64,000 bases of DNA from Octopus sinensis (lineage: Eukaryota), in NCBI RefSeq assembly GCF_006345805.1, contig NC_042998.1:84320001-84384000 (forward strand), written 5' to 3'. Below, one piece after another: positions 26,221-38,471 of the stretch. Positions within the stretch are counted from its first letter, which is position 1, and each line of letters opens with the position of its first letter. Both the position numbers and the translations under genes were made by a program. A model generated the notes under the pieces. The model worked only from the letters and a program-made list of their open reading frames with translations, ran no database searches and had not been told where the DNA came from.

Positions 26221-29085
26221 TATATATATATATATATGAAATATACATTCAGTACAGGACATCACTGACAAATGAAAAACACATAAACACATAAGAGTTA
26301 AGTACAGGACAAAATACCAAAAGAAGTCTATCTCCTTCTCAGTTGTTGACTGTTTTACTACTCTCTATTTCGTGCTTTTAGTGAGAAGATAGGAAAACTT
26401 TATAAGACAGCAGCATCCAGAAATTTTTAAAATATAAAATTTGTGGAGAGTTAGGGCTTCAAACAAACAAACAACAACAGAATGGATGTACAAAATAAAC
26501 AGTTGACAAGGACAAACATTAATAGCTGTTAGGCCAAGACGAATTATAATGGGTAATGCCTGGGAGAAATTTTTAAAGGAAATAGAATAAATAGAAGAGA
26601 AAATATGTCGGGAGGCAAGAGAAATTACATGCAGTCCAGTGGGCGTCTTGTCCAAAAAAGACAGAGAAATGGCCTGTAGTCACATGTGAGCAACAGGCAG
26701 AGGGGAAGGGGGTCAAGAGAGAGGATGAAGGAAAGAAACAAAAGGAGTGAGGAGAAGGAATGAAAGCTAGTAGAGAGTGGGAGAAAGAGGACAGCAAAGA
26801 AGGAGGGGGAGAAGCGGAAAATATAGAGGATTATAGAGGGATAGAGAGAAAGAAAGAGAACAGTGGAGTCGCAGAAATTATATAAATGTAGGAACTACAT
26901 TTATGTACACACGCACACACACTTGATTGTGCATACCCTTGTCTAGGTATCATGTAATGGTTGTAAATCAGTTTCATTGTCATACAGGTGAGGTTATAAA
27001 CAAAATTGAATACACATACACAATGTGTGTGTGTTATTTGTTCATGAGCCAGCTGCATTTTAGGCATAAGAGAATTACACCTGATGCCTCTTATACCTAA
27101 ACTAACAACACACACCATGTGTAGGTGTGTTTGATTTTATTTATATAGCTCAAGCTGCTTCTAATTCACAAGTGAGGTTGTTCATTTCCAGTCTACTGTG
27201 TAAAACATGTCAGACCATGGGGAATATTGTTTTGCTTGGAAATGGGTGATGGTTGGCAACAGCAAGGGCATCTGGCTAAAGAAGATGTGCTTCAACAAAT
27301 TTTATCCGACACATGCAAGCATGGTAAAGTAGACGTTAGATGATGATTTTATATATCCCATTGTTGTCGTCATTGTCATCATCATCATCATCATTTAACA
27401 TCTGCTTTCCTTGGTGGCATGGGTAGGATGGTTTAACTGAGGACTTGCAAGCCAGTAGGCTGGACCTAGCTTCAATTTGATCTGGCAAGGTTTCTATAGC
27501 TGGATGCTCTTCCTAACGCCAACCACTTCGAGAGTGTAGGGGGTGCTTTTTACGTGCCACTGGCACAGGAGCCAGTCAGTGGGCACTGGCATCAACCTCA
27601 TATCTATATACAGACACACACACACACATATTTATGCACACGCATGCACACATGCAATTCTTGCATAAGGATATGTGTATGTGTGTGAATTACATTATCT
27701 TCAAATAAAGAAAAAGCAATATGCTCTGGAAAAATTCTCACCAATGAACAAAATAATCTTTGGTGAAAGATGTTGCTAAAATTAATTTCAATCAAGAGTC
27801 TCCTGCAATACTCAAGACAACATGAAAGGAAGTCTCCTACTTATAAAATGAATACAAAATAGAATTCATTATCTTATTCATTTATCATCCACTTTCTCAT
27901 GCTTGCATTGGTCAAATAGAATTTGTGGAGGAAGATTTTTCTATGGCTGGCTGCCCTTCCTGTCACAAACCTTCGTCTGTTTCCAAGCAAGGTAATATTT
28001 CCTTATGACCAGACATGTTTTATCACAGAAGACTGGAAACAAATAACCTTGCTTGTATGATGATGACACATTTACAATCATCACATGATGTGTAGCCACA
28101 AATACACATATCTACATACATACATACACACAACAATCTTCTTTCAGTTTTCCCCCTACCAAATACACTCACAAAGCTTTGGTTGGAGCTACATTAATAA
28201 ATGCTTGTCCAAGGTGCTGTACAGTAGATTTTAACCCAGGAAGATTCAGAAACAATGTTCTCAACTCCACAGCCACACCTGTGCCTATTGACTTTTTCTT
28301 AATTCCATGATATTGCACTATGTAAGCAGTAAGAAAGAATGTTCAGACATTGGGTCCCACTGAGGAGATGGCAAGGGACTGAGACCTTTGGCGATTTGCT
28401 ATGCTTGAGAAGAAATGTCAAGCTAAGTAAAACCATGGCCATCTATACATACTGGCATGTGCTGCTGTCTCTGTCTTGAAGGCTTGCAGGTGCTGGTGCC
28501 ATGTAAAGTGCAGCCATTTCAGTGTCACATAAAAAGCACCTGTGCCAGTATCACCTAAAAAAACATTCAGTACACTCTGTAAAGTGGTTGGCGTTAGGAA
28601 GGGCATCCAGCCATAGAGGCCATGCCAAAGCAGATGATTGGAGTCTGGGCAACTCTTCAGCTAGCCCGTTCCTGTCAAACTGTCTGACCCACACCAGCAT
28701 GGAAAACAGACGTTAAATGATGATGAGATAAGAAACCATCCCTGCTCTCTCCACTCCTTTATCTACCGGTTTGGCCTCACTTAAATAATGTCATCATGTT
28801 TTACCGCTTTCAGCATTCCTCAGTAATTACTTGTATTAACTGTTCTGCCAAAGCAGCTTTAAAACAGAAAGCTGCACTGATGCTGCATGCCGAGACATCT
28901 AAGCCTCTGCGTTGGCACACGTCTGGGTGACTTAGACACCACCTACTTTTGGCTTGCCATCAAGGTGTTCATCTGTTGCCGCCTTTGGTAGGCTGCAATT
29001 TTATTAGCATGCTTACACATACACATATGTATACACACAAACACAAACACACATATATATTCATTTGTATAGGCACACACACACA

Positions 29086-29088
<3 letters not shown>

Positions 29089-29152
<64 letters not shown>
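29089..29152. repeat. (TA)n microsatellite within a CA/TA-rich tract
   Basis: Direct reading. Confidence 0.95.
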
Positions 29153-29161
<9 letters not shown>

Positions 29162-30199
29162 TATACATATATATGTATACACTTACATATTAACATTTAT
29201 ACACACATATACACATACACACACTCACACACATATACCTGTGCATATACATATGTGTGTGTGTGTGTGTATATCACATCTTACTTAAGGCTGCAACAGT
29301 TGTATATTAATATCACATACACACAGACTTTGTTGATATACAGAACGTTAGTGAGCAGGCTGCAGCTTAAACTTACATCACATTATAAAACAAACATCTT
29401 TCAGATTTATGATAGCACAAACAAACATTCTGAGTACTTAGAAAAAAAAAAATCGATGTTTTATTTTTGTTTAATTTTTTTTTCTCCTTTTTATTTAGCT
29501 AAAAATGTAAAAAAAAATCATGAAGTGTAGATCTTCTAATAACATGATTAAAAAGAAGAGTGGGCAGTTAGGAAATAAATGGCAGGTTTTTGTAATATAT
29601 ACTTTTTTTTTCCTTCTGTGTCTATCGAACCAATCTGTCTCATATTTTATCGTGTTTGAAAACGAGTTAAATTATTATGAGTCATCATTGAGTTGTGATA
29701 GTAGGTATATAGCTAACCAACTATAGAGGTCACCAATAAAGGTGTGCTATGTGTGTGTGTTTGTGTGTGTTACCATATGTTCAGCATTTTGAAAATGTGT
29801 GTTTTCTAAATCTTTTGGATATTTTGTCAATAAATTAGTAAGTAGATTTAGTGTACCAAAAAAACTATGACAGGTAGCTAGTTTGTTTTTTAAGAAGAAT
29901 ATGGACTGCACATAAATAATGTTTTGTTTCAGCTGTTTTTCAAACTGGAAAAGTTGTGATATATATATTATCATCATCATGATCATCATCATTTAATGTT
30001 TGTTTTCCATGCTGGACAATTTTGACAGGAGCTGGCAAACTGGAGGGCTGCAGCAAGCTCCAATCTTCTGCTTTGGCATGGTTTCTTCCCCAACACCAAC
30101 CACTTTACAAAGTGTAGTGGATGCCTTTTGCCTGACACCAGCGCAGGTACTTTCCACATGGTACTGGCATGGGTGCTTTTCATGTGGTACCAGCATCTA

Positions 30200-31850
30200 C
30201 CAAAGGGGAGTCGATTAAATTTATAACCACCCTTTATTGATATTTATTGTCAATAATTTCGAACATTCCTCAATAACTTTTACCTCCAAATATGCTTCAG
30301 ATAGGTCCAACTTTGAAAAAATTTTCCTCCAATTTCATAAAAATTTTCTCCAGAGTTGGTAATGGGTAATTATATGGCATCAAACATTCATTTAATCCCT
30401 TTGAAAAATAAGCGCACACTCGGATTTTATTTATTTTTTTCTTAACATAAATTGTTGGGGATGCCCAATTTGTGTAATCAGTTTTTTCAATAATGCCAAG
30501 CTTTTCAAGTCTATCCAATTCTTTGTTGACTTCTTTCAACACTGCGAAAAGTACTGTTTGTTTTTGTTTAAAAACCGGTATAGCGTTTTCTTTCACTTGA
30601 AACTTCACCTCTGTTTTGGTGCAAAGACCCAATTCATCAGAAAAAACTTCGGGAAAAATATTTCATAATTCATTTTTTTTTAATCCTCTGACACCTTATT
30701 TGTACAGGTGTAAGAACCATTCACATTTTTACAAAAAGTATTTATGGGGAGGTCCCATAAGTTAACTCATTCCATCCAGTCTCTTCCAAATAAATTTGTA
30801 TTTTTCTACACTAAAACTTTGGCTTTCAAGGTTTTTCCACAAACTGTAGCATCACTTATAATTTTGCCCATAAAATGCAATTTTTTTCCCGAAACACCTC
30901 ACGCAATTTTCAAAGTTTCCTTTAATCTAGGTTTCTCTACTTTTCTCCATGTATCTTTATCTTTATCTAGTTTCAGCTCACGAGCTGTGGCCGTGCTGGG
31001 GCACTGCAATTGTATCTGTATTATTTGTCATGATATCACTGCCTGTATCCAATTGTAACTTGATATTCACATTATTCATTTTTATGGATACAAATTTTCA
31101 TTTCTGAGTCTCATTTAGAAATTTTGTTAACAATACATTCTTTCTAGAATTTTTTTTTTGTTTGACCCTGTTTTGTTTCACTGTACAATGTGAGCTTTTA
31201 TGTCCAATATTTCCATACTCAAAACATTCACGATTTTTAAAAGGACAATTACTTCTAATATGTAAACCTCTGCATACATAGCATGGATTTGGTCTTGATG
31301 TTCGTTTTTCCTTATCCGTTTCACACATGTATCTGAAAACAATTGTTTTCTTTAATTTTATCCACATTATGTCTTAAATTTATAATCCTCTGGCATTCTT
31401 CAGCTACTGCCTGTAGAGTTAATTTTTGGTCCTATTCTAATTTTGCTAATATATGGGAATATATATCAGCATCTTTTCTTGCAGTTAACCCTTGAACAAA
31501 AATTAGACAATTGAACAAATCCAGGGTTAATTTATTTAATTTGAATCTTTTACACTCTGTTAATGACCCCAGCATAGGTGATGCAATCTTCATCATCTTT
31601 TTTAACTAACTTTAAACACTGCCAACGGGTATTGAAAGGGGAACTTCTTTCACTGAAAATTCTTGATAACAAATTAATTGTTTCATCGAAACAAATCTCA
31701 CCTGATTTCTTTAACAGAATATAATTACAGTATTTTTCTTGTTTAGCAGGGGATAATTTTCTTAAAATTCTTCTCATCATTCCAATTTTTACATTCTTCT
31801 TTGAAGATTTCTTTGTATCTTCTAAAATATGCAGAAAAAGTAGTACCTTT
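30200..31850 (-). mobile_element. Ty3/gypsy LTR-retrotransposon relic (gag, double CCHC knuckle, protease, N-terminal RT)
   Basis: Gag TFSAYFRRY...RILRKLS; knuckles CYVCRGLHIRSNC and CFEYGNIGHKSSHC; protease LQLDTGSD (DTG at 31049-31041); RT ELDRLEKLGIIEK...WASP...YPLP...DLSEAY...NRLPFG. Many stops. Confidence 0.9.
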
Positions 31851-32635
31851 GGATCTTTACCTTTTGACCGACAGATTTAAAAATTAATTTTTTATAACTA
31901 AACACTTTCAAACTTCGTATACTGGTAGAATGTGTCACATAAAACATCTTTTTCTCTTAGCGTTGTTGAGACAATTCTGTATTTTGGAAGTTATTTCTTG
32001 TTAAAGTTGTATTTTGGTAATTTCAACCAATCAATGATGTGTATTCAGCTGAATAAAATTGCTGCTGTTGTTTGTCAACAACAACTTCCGGCGGTGTATA
32101 TTTCATTTGTCACTGTTATTTGTGACATATTTCGTCTCAGTTACGTTCGTATGAATAAATGAGTGTATCTGAAGCATGTTTACTTCATGGCACCACCATA
32201 ATTATTCATGCTTCATTTTTCATTTTTTTCTGTAACTCTAACCCTAAAACCCTAATGCTTAAAACCCTAACCCTAAACCCTAGCCCTAACCCTAAAACCC
32301 TAACCCCAACCCTAAAACCCTAACGCTAAAACCAGTACAAAAGTACAAATGATGTCATAAATAACATTGACAAACGAAAAATTCACCGCCGATAGTTGTT
32401 GTTGACAAACAACAGCAGTAGTTTTATTCAGCTAAATAAACGTCATTGACTGGTTGAAATTACCAAAATACTACAACTTTAACATGAAATAACTTCCTAA
32501 ATATAAGCTTTTCTCAAAAACGTTAAGAGTAAAAGATGTTTTATATGACACATTCTGCCAGTGTCCGAAGTTTGAAAGTGTTTAGTTGCAAAAATTATTT
32601 TTTAAATCTGTTGGACAAAAGGTAAAGATCCGTAC
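31851..32635. mobile_element. Foldback/MITE-like element with about 285-bp imperfect TIRs and an internal telomere-like (CCCTAA)n tract
   Basis: 31851-32135 is the imperfect reverse complement of about 32346-32631; degenerate CCCTAA/CCCTAAAA repeats at 32233-32332. Confidence 0.85.
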
Positions 32636-33040
32636 CGTCTGATGAGAATGAACCTGAAGTATTTTCAGACTTCTTCAACACTACTTCCAGTAACTGTTGG
32701 TATTGTTGTTGTATCCTAGACAAACACTGGATATATAATTTAATGAATAGAGGTAAAATCAATGTGTTCACACAATGTACTTCAAAAAACGCCCTCTCAA
32801 CAACTCCTACTGACCTCTTGTCTCAACCAATACGCTACTCTTTATAAGGGTTCAACTAGTTCATTTTTCCAATTCCCCAGGGGTGTCAATGACTGTCGCC
32901 ACAACATTGTACTAATATTTTCAACCCTGAAAGGATGAAAAGTAAAGTTGACTTTGGCAGTATTTGAACTTAGAATGTAAACAGGCAAAAGAAATGCTGC
33001 CCCAGCACACTAATAATAATAATAATATAATAATAATAAT

Positions 33041-33672
33041 AGCAATATTTACACTGGACAATGTGTCGGCATTATAAAATCAAAACCGCTTACAAATGCT
33101 ATAAACACCATCCTAAAGCTATGACTGAGAGAGAAAATGTGTCGATTCTCTGGGACTTCCTCGTACATACTGACAAAACTATGTAAGCTAATAAACTGGA
33201 TATTATTATAAAAGATCAGACAAAAGAGGTGTGTTTATTAATTGACATGAGTATCCCTTGCGATCACAATATAGTGGCGAAAGAATTTGACAAGATCAGT
33301 AAATATAAAGGCTTGCTAATAGAAATTGAAAAAATGTGGCATCTCAAGGCGACTATAGTACCAGTAATTGTAGGATCTCTAGGAATGATAAAAAAAGGTA
33401 CTGAAACCTATTTGAGAATGATACCAGGCTTACCATCCCTACAGGAAGTGCAAAAAATCGTGTTAACTGGAATGACTCATGTACTGAGAAGAGCATTATC
33501 GCTGTGAAAACAACATCCTTTCATGAATTTATTTATTTATTAATTTTTTAAATACATATTTTACCTGTGAATTTGGGTGTGTAATCTGGGAATGCATACA
33601 ATGAGCTTCTCTGTCCTAGGTGTATGGAAAACACTCGGCGAGAAACACAAGAAAATTTGAAGAAAGAAGGAA
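33041..33672 (+). mobile_element. 3' fragment of a restriction-like-endonuclease LINE (R4/Dong-like) within (TAA)n
   Basis: ILWDFLVHTDKTM*ANKLDII.KD....CLLIDMSIPCDHN...KISKY...W...IVPVIVGSLG motif; (TAA)n tracts at 33011-33040 and 33673-33706. Confidence 0.82.
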
Positions 33673-33725
33673 AATAATAATAATAATAGTAATAGTAATA
33701 ATAATACTCTAAATCATCATTTTAG

Positions 33726-33936
33726 GTTGGGTGATGCCTTGGCTGCTAACAACGTTGTCCGTGAACAAGATCATAAAACAATGAACAATTCTTCATTTGG
33801 ATGGAATAGCAATGTCCACAACTCTTACAATATTTTACCATCAAATCATGGTGGTCAGAAAGTTCCTGGAAAATCAGCATCAATTGCTGAGCAGAACATT
33901 GAAGATTTGATTGAAAAACTTCAAACTGGTTTAGAG
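33726..33936 (+). CDS. CIP2A: CIP2A exon (LGDALAANNVVREQ...NIEDLIEKLQTGLE)
   Basis: ttttag acceptor, GTTGGT donor. 211 nt, phase 2 to 0. Matches human LGESIAANNAYRQQ and NIEELIEKLQSG. Confidence 0.93.
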
Positions 33937-34309
33937 GTTGGTATATATTCCTTTCTGGTATTTACTTTCTCCAAGAAGGTCCTTAGAAAAAATGCTCAGT
34001 AATACTGTTTGTTATATTATGTCATCTACCATACACTGTTAACATTTATCCCCTTCTATTACTATCCATCACTCACACATACACTCTCTCTCTCTCTCTC
34101 TCTCTCCCTTTGCCACCCTTTCATCCCAAACATTCTGTATTAACCAAGATAGGCTAATGTCTCTTTACCTGTCATCGTTGTCTCTTCTATTCATCTCCTC
34201 AACCACAAAGCCAAAAGTTTGAATTGTCATTCCACAGATTTTTTTTTTGTTCCTACAATTTGAAATACTTTTGTATCTTTATTTATTTATCTATTTATTC
34301 CTTTTCCAG

Positions 34310-34372
34310 GTAAAAGATGTGAAGCTTTCTGAAATGATAGATGTTTATGAGCACAAGCTGCAGTCAATGCAG
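34310..34372 (+). CDS. CIP2A: CIP2A exon (VKDVKLSEMIDVYEHKLQSMQ)
   Basis: cttttccag / GTAAGA. 63 nt, phase 0 to 0. Matches human DVRISDIMDVYEMKLSTL. Confidence 0.93.
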
Positions 34373-35612
34373 GTAAGATTGGTTACCTTGAATTTGTATT
34401 GAGAAAGCCCTCTTTTTACTAAATTATTTAAACAGAATAGGAAAAAGCACTGATGCTGGTACCCCATGAAAAGCACTGGTGCTGGTACTGCATAAAAAAC
34501 ATCTGTACTAATGCAATTTAAGAAGCACCTGTACTGGTAACATGTAAAAGCACTCACTACATTCTGTAAAGTGGTTAACCCATAAAGTGCTGGGATATGC
34601 ACTTACATAGCATGGACTGCTGAGCACATTTTATGAAAATGAGACGATCATGCACATAAAAACAAAAAATATCTTCTTAGTATGTAATGGTGAAAAGTCA
34701 TTAGTTCAACTATTAGTCCTCTTGCATTCTGGTGGGTATTAGAGCGTTTGAGTGACATTAGACCTCAACAAACGCCCATAAATTAAATGCATCTATCTGG
34801 GCCATGATCGTGGCCTGTCAGCCTGTGCCTGACAGCCATGATCATGGCCTGTTGCGCTTTATGTATTAATGTTGTGAAGGACATCCAGCTGAAGAAGCCA
34901 ACCAAAACAGACTGGAGCCTGGTGCCACTTATCAGCTCCTGTCAAACCATCCAACTCCTACCAGCATGGAAAATAGACATTAAATGATGATGATGATGAT
35001 GAATTATGAGATTGTTGTTTGGGTACAGGAAGGCACCTAGTCTGTGTGGTTAGAAAATTTACTTCACAACCATGTGATTCCAAGTTCAATGTCACTATAA
35101 AGCTTTACACTATGTAATTGCAATGCTTTTATGTGTTCTGCTTAAATCTTCTTCAGGTCATCTTTGCCTTCTGTCTTTCCAGGGTCAATAAAATAAAGTA
35201 ACAGTCAAGTACTGGAGTTGATTTAATCATCTAATACTGTCTTCCCTAAATATCAGGTTTTGTGTGTAAGAAACAATTATTATTATGACTGTTGTCAAGA
35301 TGGTGAGCTGGTAGAATCGTTATCATGCTAGACAAAATGTTTAGTGGCATTTAATTAGATTTAATTCTGCCACAGTTAACTTTATCTTTCTCCTTTTGGA
35401 ATTGATAAAATAAGTACTAGTTGAACACAAGGATCAATGTAATCGACTAGCCCCCTCCCTCAAAATTTCAGGCTTTTTGCCTATAATAGAAAGGATTGGT
35501 ATGACTGTTTTTATTAAATTTCTTTAATAAAAAAAATAAGCACCAGAAAGAAGGCATCTTTAATAAGCAGTGAAAATAATGTAAATATTGAATACTTTGA
35601 TTCTTTCCTTAG

Positions 35613-35723
35613 ATGAGAGAACAGCAGCTACAAGACCTTTTGGAAGCTAAGACATTAGCAGTGGTCCGTGCTGATCGTGTCATAAGTCAATTCAGGTCTC
35701 GTCGTGCAGAAGCAGAAGCAGAG
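35613..35723 (+). CDS. CIP2A: CIP2A exon (MREQQLQDLLEAKTLAVVRADRVISQFRSRRAEAEAE)
   Basis: ttccttag / GTAAGT. 111 nt. Matches human [35 protein letters not shown]. Confidence 0.95.
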
Positions 35724-36234
35724 GTAAGTTTCTACTGGTGAAGTCTTCATAGAATTTTCATTGAAGTGGTTTAGTTTATGGTTGTAAGAAGGCCACTTCA
35801 AATATGTTTCATCTGTTATGGTTTCAAACTTCCATCCATCAAGGTGTTGTCATATCAGATGTAAACACGGGACTAATTATAAACTGTGATGGATTATCAG
35901 AATCTGTCAAACAGCAGATGGCAACATGCCTAGAAGTGTTTAGTTATATCACTTTGTCCTGAGTTCAAATCCCACTAAGGCCGGTTTTTGCCTTTCGTTT
36001 TTCTGGGGTCAGTAAAATAAGTATTTTAATCAAGATTTGTATTTTTTTACGTCAATTATTCTTCTGTGTGTTCAATAAAAATACAAATGTAAGTTAAGAA
36101 TAGGAGTTGATTAAACCTTTTTGATAACATCTGGTGACAAACACAACACTCGAATTTTACTTAGCATTTACACTTGAAGTCTCATTGGTTTTATTAAATT
36201 AATTCTCTTTATTCTTTTGAAATTTTATCTTCAG

Positions 36235-36356
36235 AACTGTAGCATACGTAATATGCTCCGAACTTTTGAAAAAAGAACAGAAGAATATCAAGAAAAGCTA
36301 CAAAATATGACTGCTCTTGAGACAAACTATAACAATTTACTGGCTGAAAAACAGAA
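36235..36356 (+). CDS. CIP2A: CIP2A coiled-coil exon (NCSIRNMLRTFEKRTEEYQEKLQ...AEKQ)
   Basis: tcttcag / GTGAGA. 122 nt, phase 0 to 2. Heptad-rich; corresponds to human LASMLREVERKNEEL. Confidence 0.88.
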
Positions 36357-37142
36357 GTGAGATGTTCTTTCTTTTTCTGGTTCTACCTTTTGGAAACTCC
36401 ATATTTGTTTCACCTTGTTTTTTTAAAAGTAAAATATATAACATTTACTTTCGTCTTCGTGTGTGTATTTCGTTTTACTTTTCTTTGCAAATGGAATGGT
36501 TAGCAGCTCTTCTAGAGTTACAACACAAGACTTCTCTGCTGACAAACCTCTTTCAAACCCTATTACTCTTCTTTGACACTTCTGATGTAATGCAGTCACA
36601 ATCCACTTGGCATTTAGCTGTCTTCAGTGGAATTTTCTCTGCAAGTAATTGGTTTACGCCTCCAGCAGGGGTTGTCATGACCTTTCAATGCACCACCTTT
36701 CTCTAATCTTTTCTGAAAAGCCGAAAACCAGAAGTAAATCTAGATGGTTCTTTTTTTTCTCCTCTTTTCCAATATCTGCAGTCTTTGTTCCAGCTCATCT
36801 TCTCTTACTACAAGTTTAGGAGGGCTTGCAAAGGTCATGGGCACAACTTTGTGGTTTGTCATAAGTGACTGTTAGAATAAATCCCAAACTTAAAAAACAA
36901 GTATTAATACTTGGGTCAATTTGTTTGACTAAACCCTACAAGCTGGTGCCACAACATGGCCACTGTTCAATGACTGAAACAATTAAAACTAAAATGCGTT
37001 TTGTTATTGCAGCTTCATTGCACCACAAACGTATTTTGTTATACTAAATTTTAACTTGTCTTCTAAATAAAATATGATTCCTACCTTACAGTATATAAAT
37101 AATATTAAAGAAAATTGTCCTTCTTTATCGTTTCAATTTCAG

Positions 37143-37205
37143 ACTGGAATTAATGGCAGAGGAACATGTGGTATTGAAAGAAAACTATAATGAACAAAGT
37201 CAAAA
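37143..37205 (+). CDS. CIP2A: CIP2A coiled-coil exon (LELMAEEHVVLKENYNEQSQ)
   Basis: tttcag / GTAAGA. 63 nt, phase 2 to 2. Matches human KLESVAEEHEILTKSY. Confidence 0.9.
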
Positions 37206-37537
37206 GTAAGATCAATCTTCTTTTCTGTTTCTGATCTACTTGCTGTTGTATCATATTAGTTTCAGATCAAGTTTAGCTAATTTTTATTTATAAGTATGTT
37301 GTTGTTCTTGTAAAGGCCAACATTAATAATCAGTGAGCATCGAATTAGCAAATGCACAGGAATAGGGTAAGTGAAATGAGAGAGAGAGAGAAAGAGAGCA
37401 GAGAGGATATCCTTTTCACCTGAGATAACCATGTCTCCCTGACAAATATATTATAAAGATGATCAGTTCAGATTTTTCTAGAAACTTAAGTTGACCCTAC
37501 CAAATGGAATAACTATGTACAGCTATTGATACTATCT

Positions 37538-37541
<4 letters not shown>

Positions 37542-37634
<93 letters not shown>
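37542..37634. repeat. (CT)n microsatellite
   Basis: Direct reading. Confidence 0.95.
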
Positions 37635-38471
37635 CAAACTGTGTGTGTATTTATTTAATTGTATTGCTTAGCTAAGTTTTAGTGCTTGATTTACTTATAA
37701 TGTATGGTATTCATAAGCAGCTGAGGTAGTGAGAATTCACATTTTTAAACCATATCATAAGTATAGAGCATAGTATTAACCCTTAAGAGATGATAGGGCC
37801 AATCTATCAGCCAAAAAGTCAAATGATGAAGATTGTATTGGTTCAATCAGTTTCCTACATGAATATATATAGTTTTATACATGTAAAGTAATTACTTTAT
37901 TTTTTATAATTTTTTTTTTTTGAAAAATAAGTGCATGCCCTCTGTAGGGCTTGTGAAAAGGGCTCCATCTTCTTGGCACTGAAACTCCAAATGAGGCTCT
38001 GTCTCCAAAGTGTTAATTAATAAATGACAAAAAAGTAGGTGTTACATAATTAAATCCATTAGCTTACAGCTGTTTTTGCTGTAAGAAATACTGTGCCCTA
38101 TAGTGAATATTAGCATGACTTCTCACAGTTTCATCAGAGCCTTTAATGATTGGACAATGTATATGAAAAAATACATCATTCAATCATTATGGGCTTTGAT
38201 GAAGATGAGATAGTGGTGGTGTTGGAAAATGTGATCCTGAGTCTTTGATAGAGATGGGATGGTCACAACCAGAATGTCATGGATTGTTGATCTGGATCAT
38301 GGATGACCTGTGTTTAAACAACATCAATAAATTAACTTAAAGTGTCTTTGTATATAATTGGGATAAAATTAATAATAATGGTTTCAAACTTTGGCAGAAT
38401 TCAGAGGGAGTGGTTTTGTCAATTACATTGGTCCCTTCTGATCAAATGGTACTCATTTTATCAAACCCAGG

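Noticed and set aside
28943-29530. Long ORFs rich in YI/HT repeats (also 23206-23565, 49564-50045)
   Set aside because: Translations of (TA)n/(CA)n microsatellites and a palindrome.
32233-32332. Chromosome end or healed break suggested by telomeric repeats
   Set aside because: The tract is degenerate and enclosed symmetrically by TIRs, so it is element-internal.
32730-32860. Possible gypsy 5' LTR/PBS (TATAAAAG and ggcgtttt on the minus strand)
   Set aside because: No partner LTR in the window and the PBS is not a clean TGG match.
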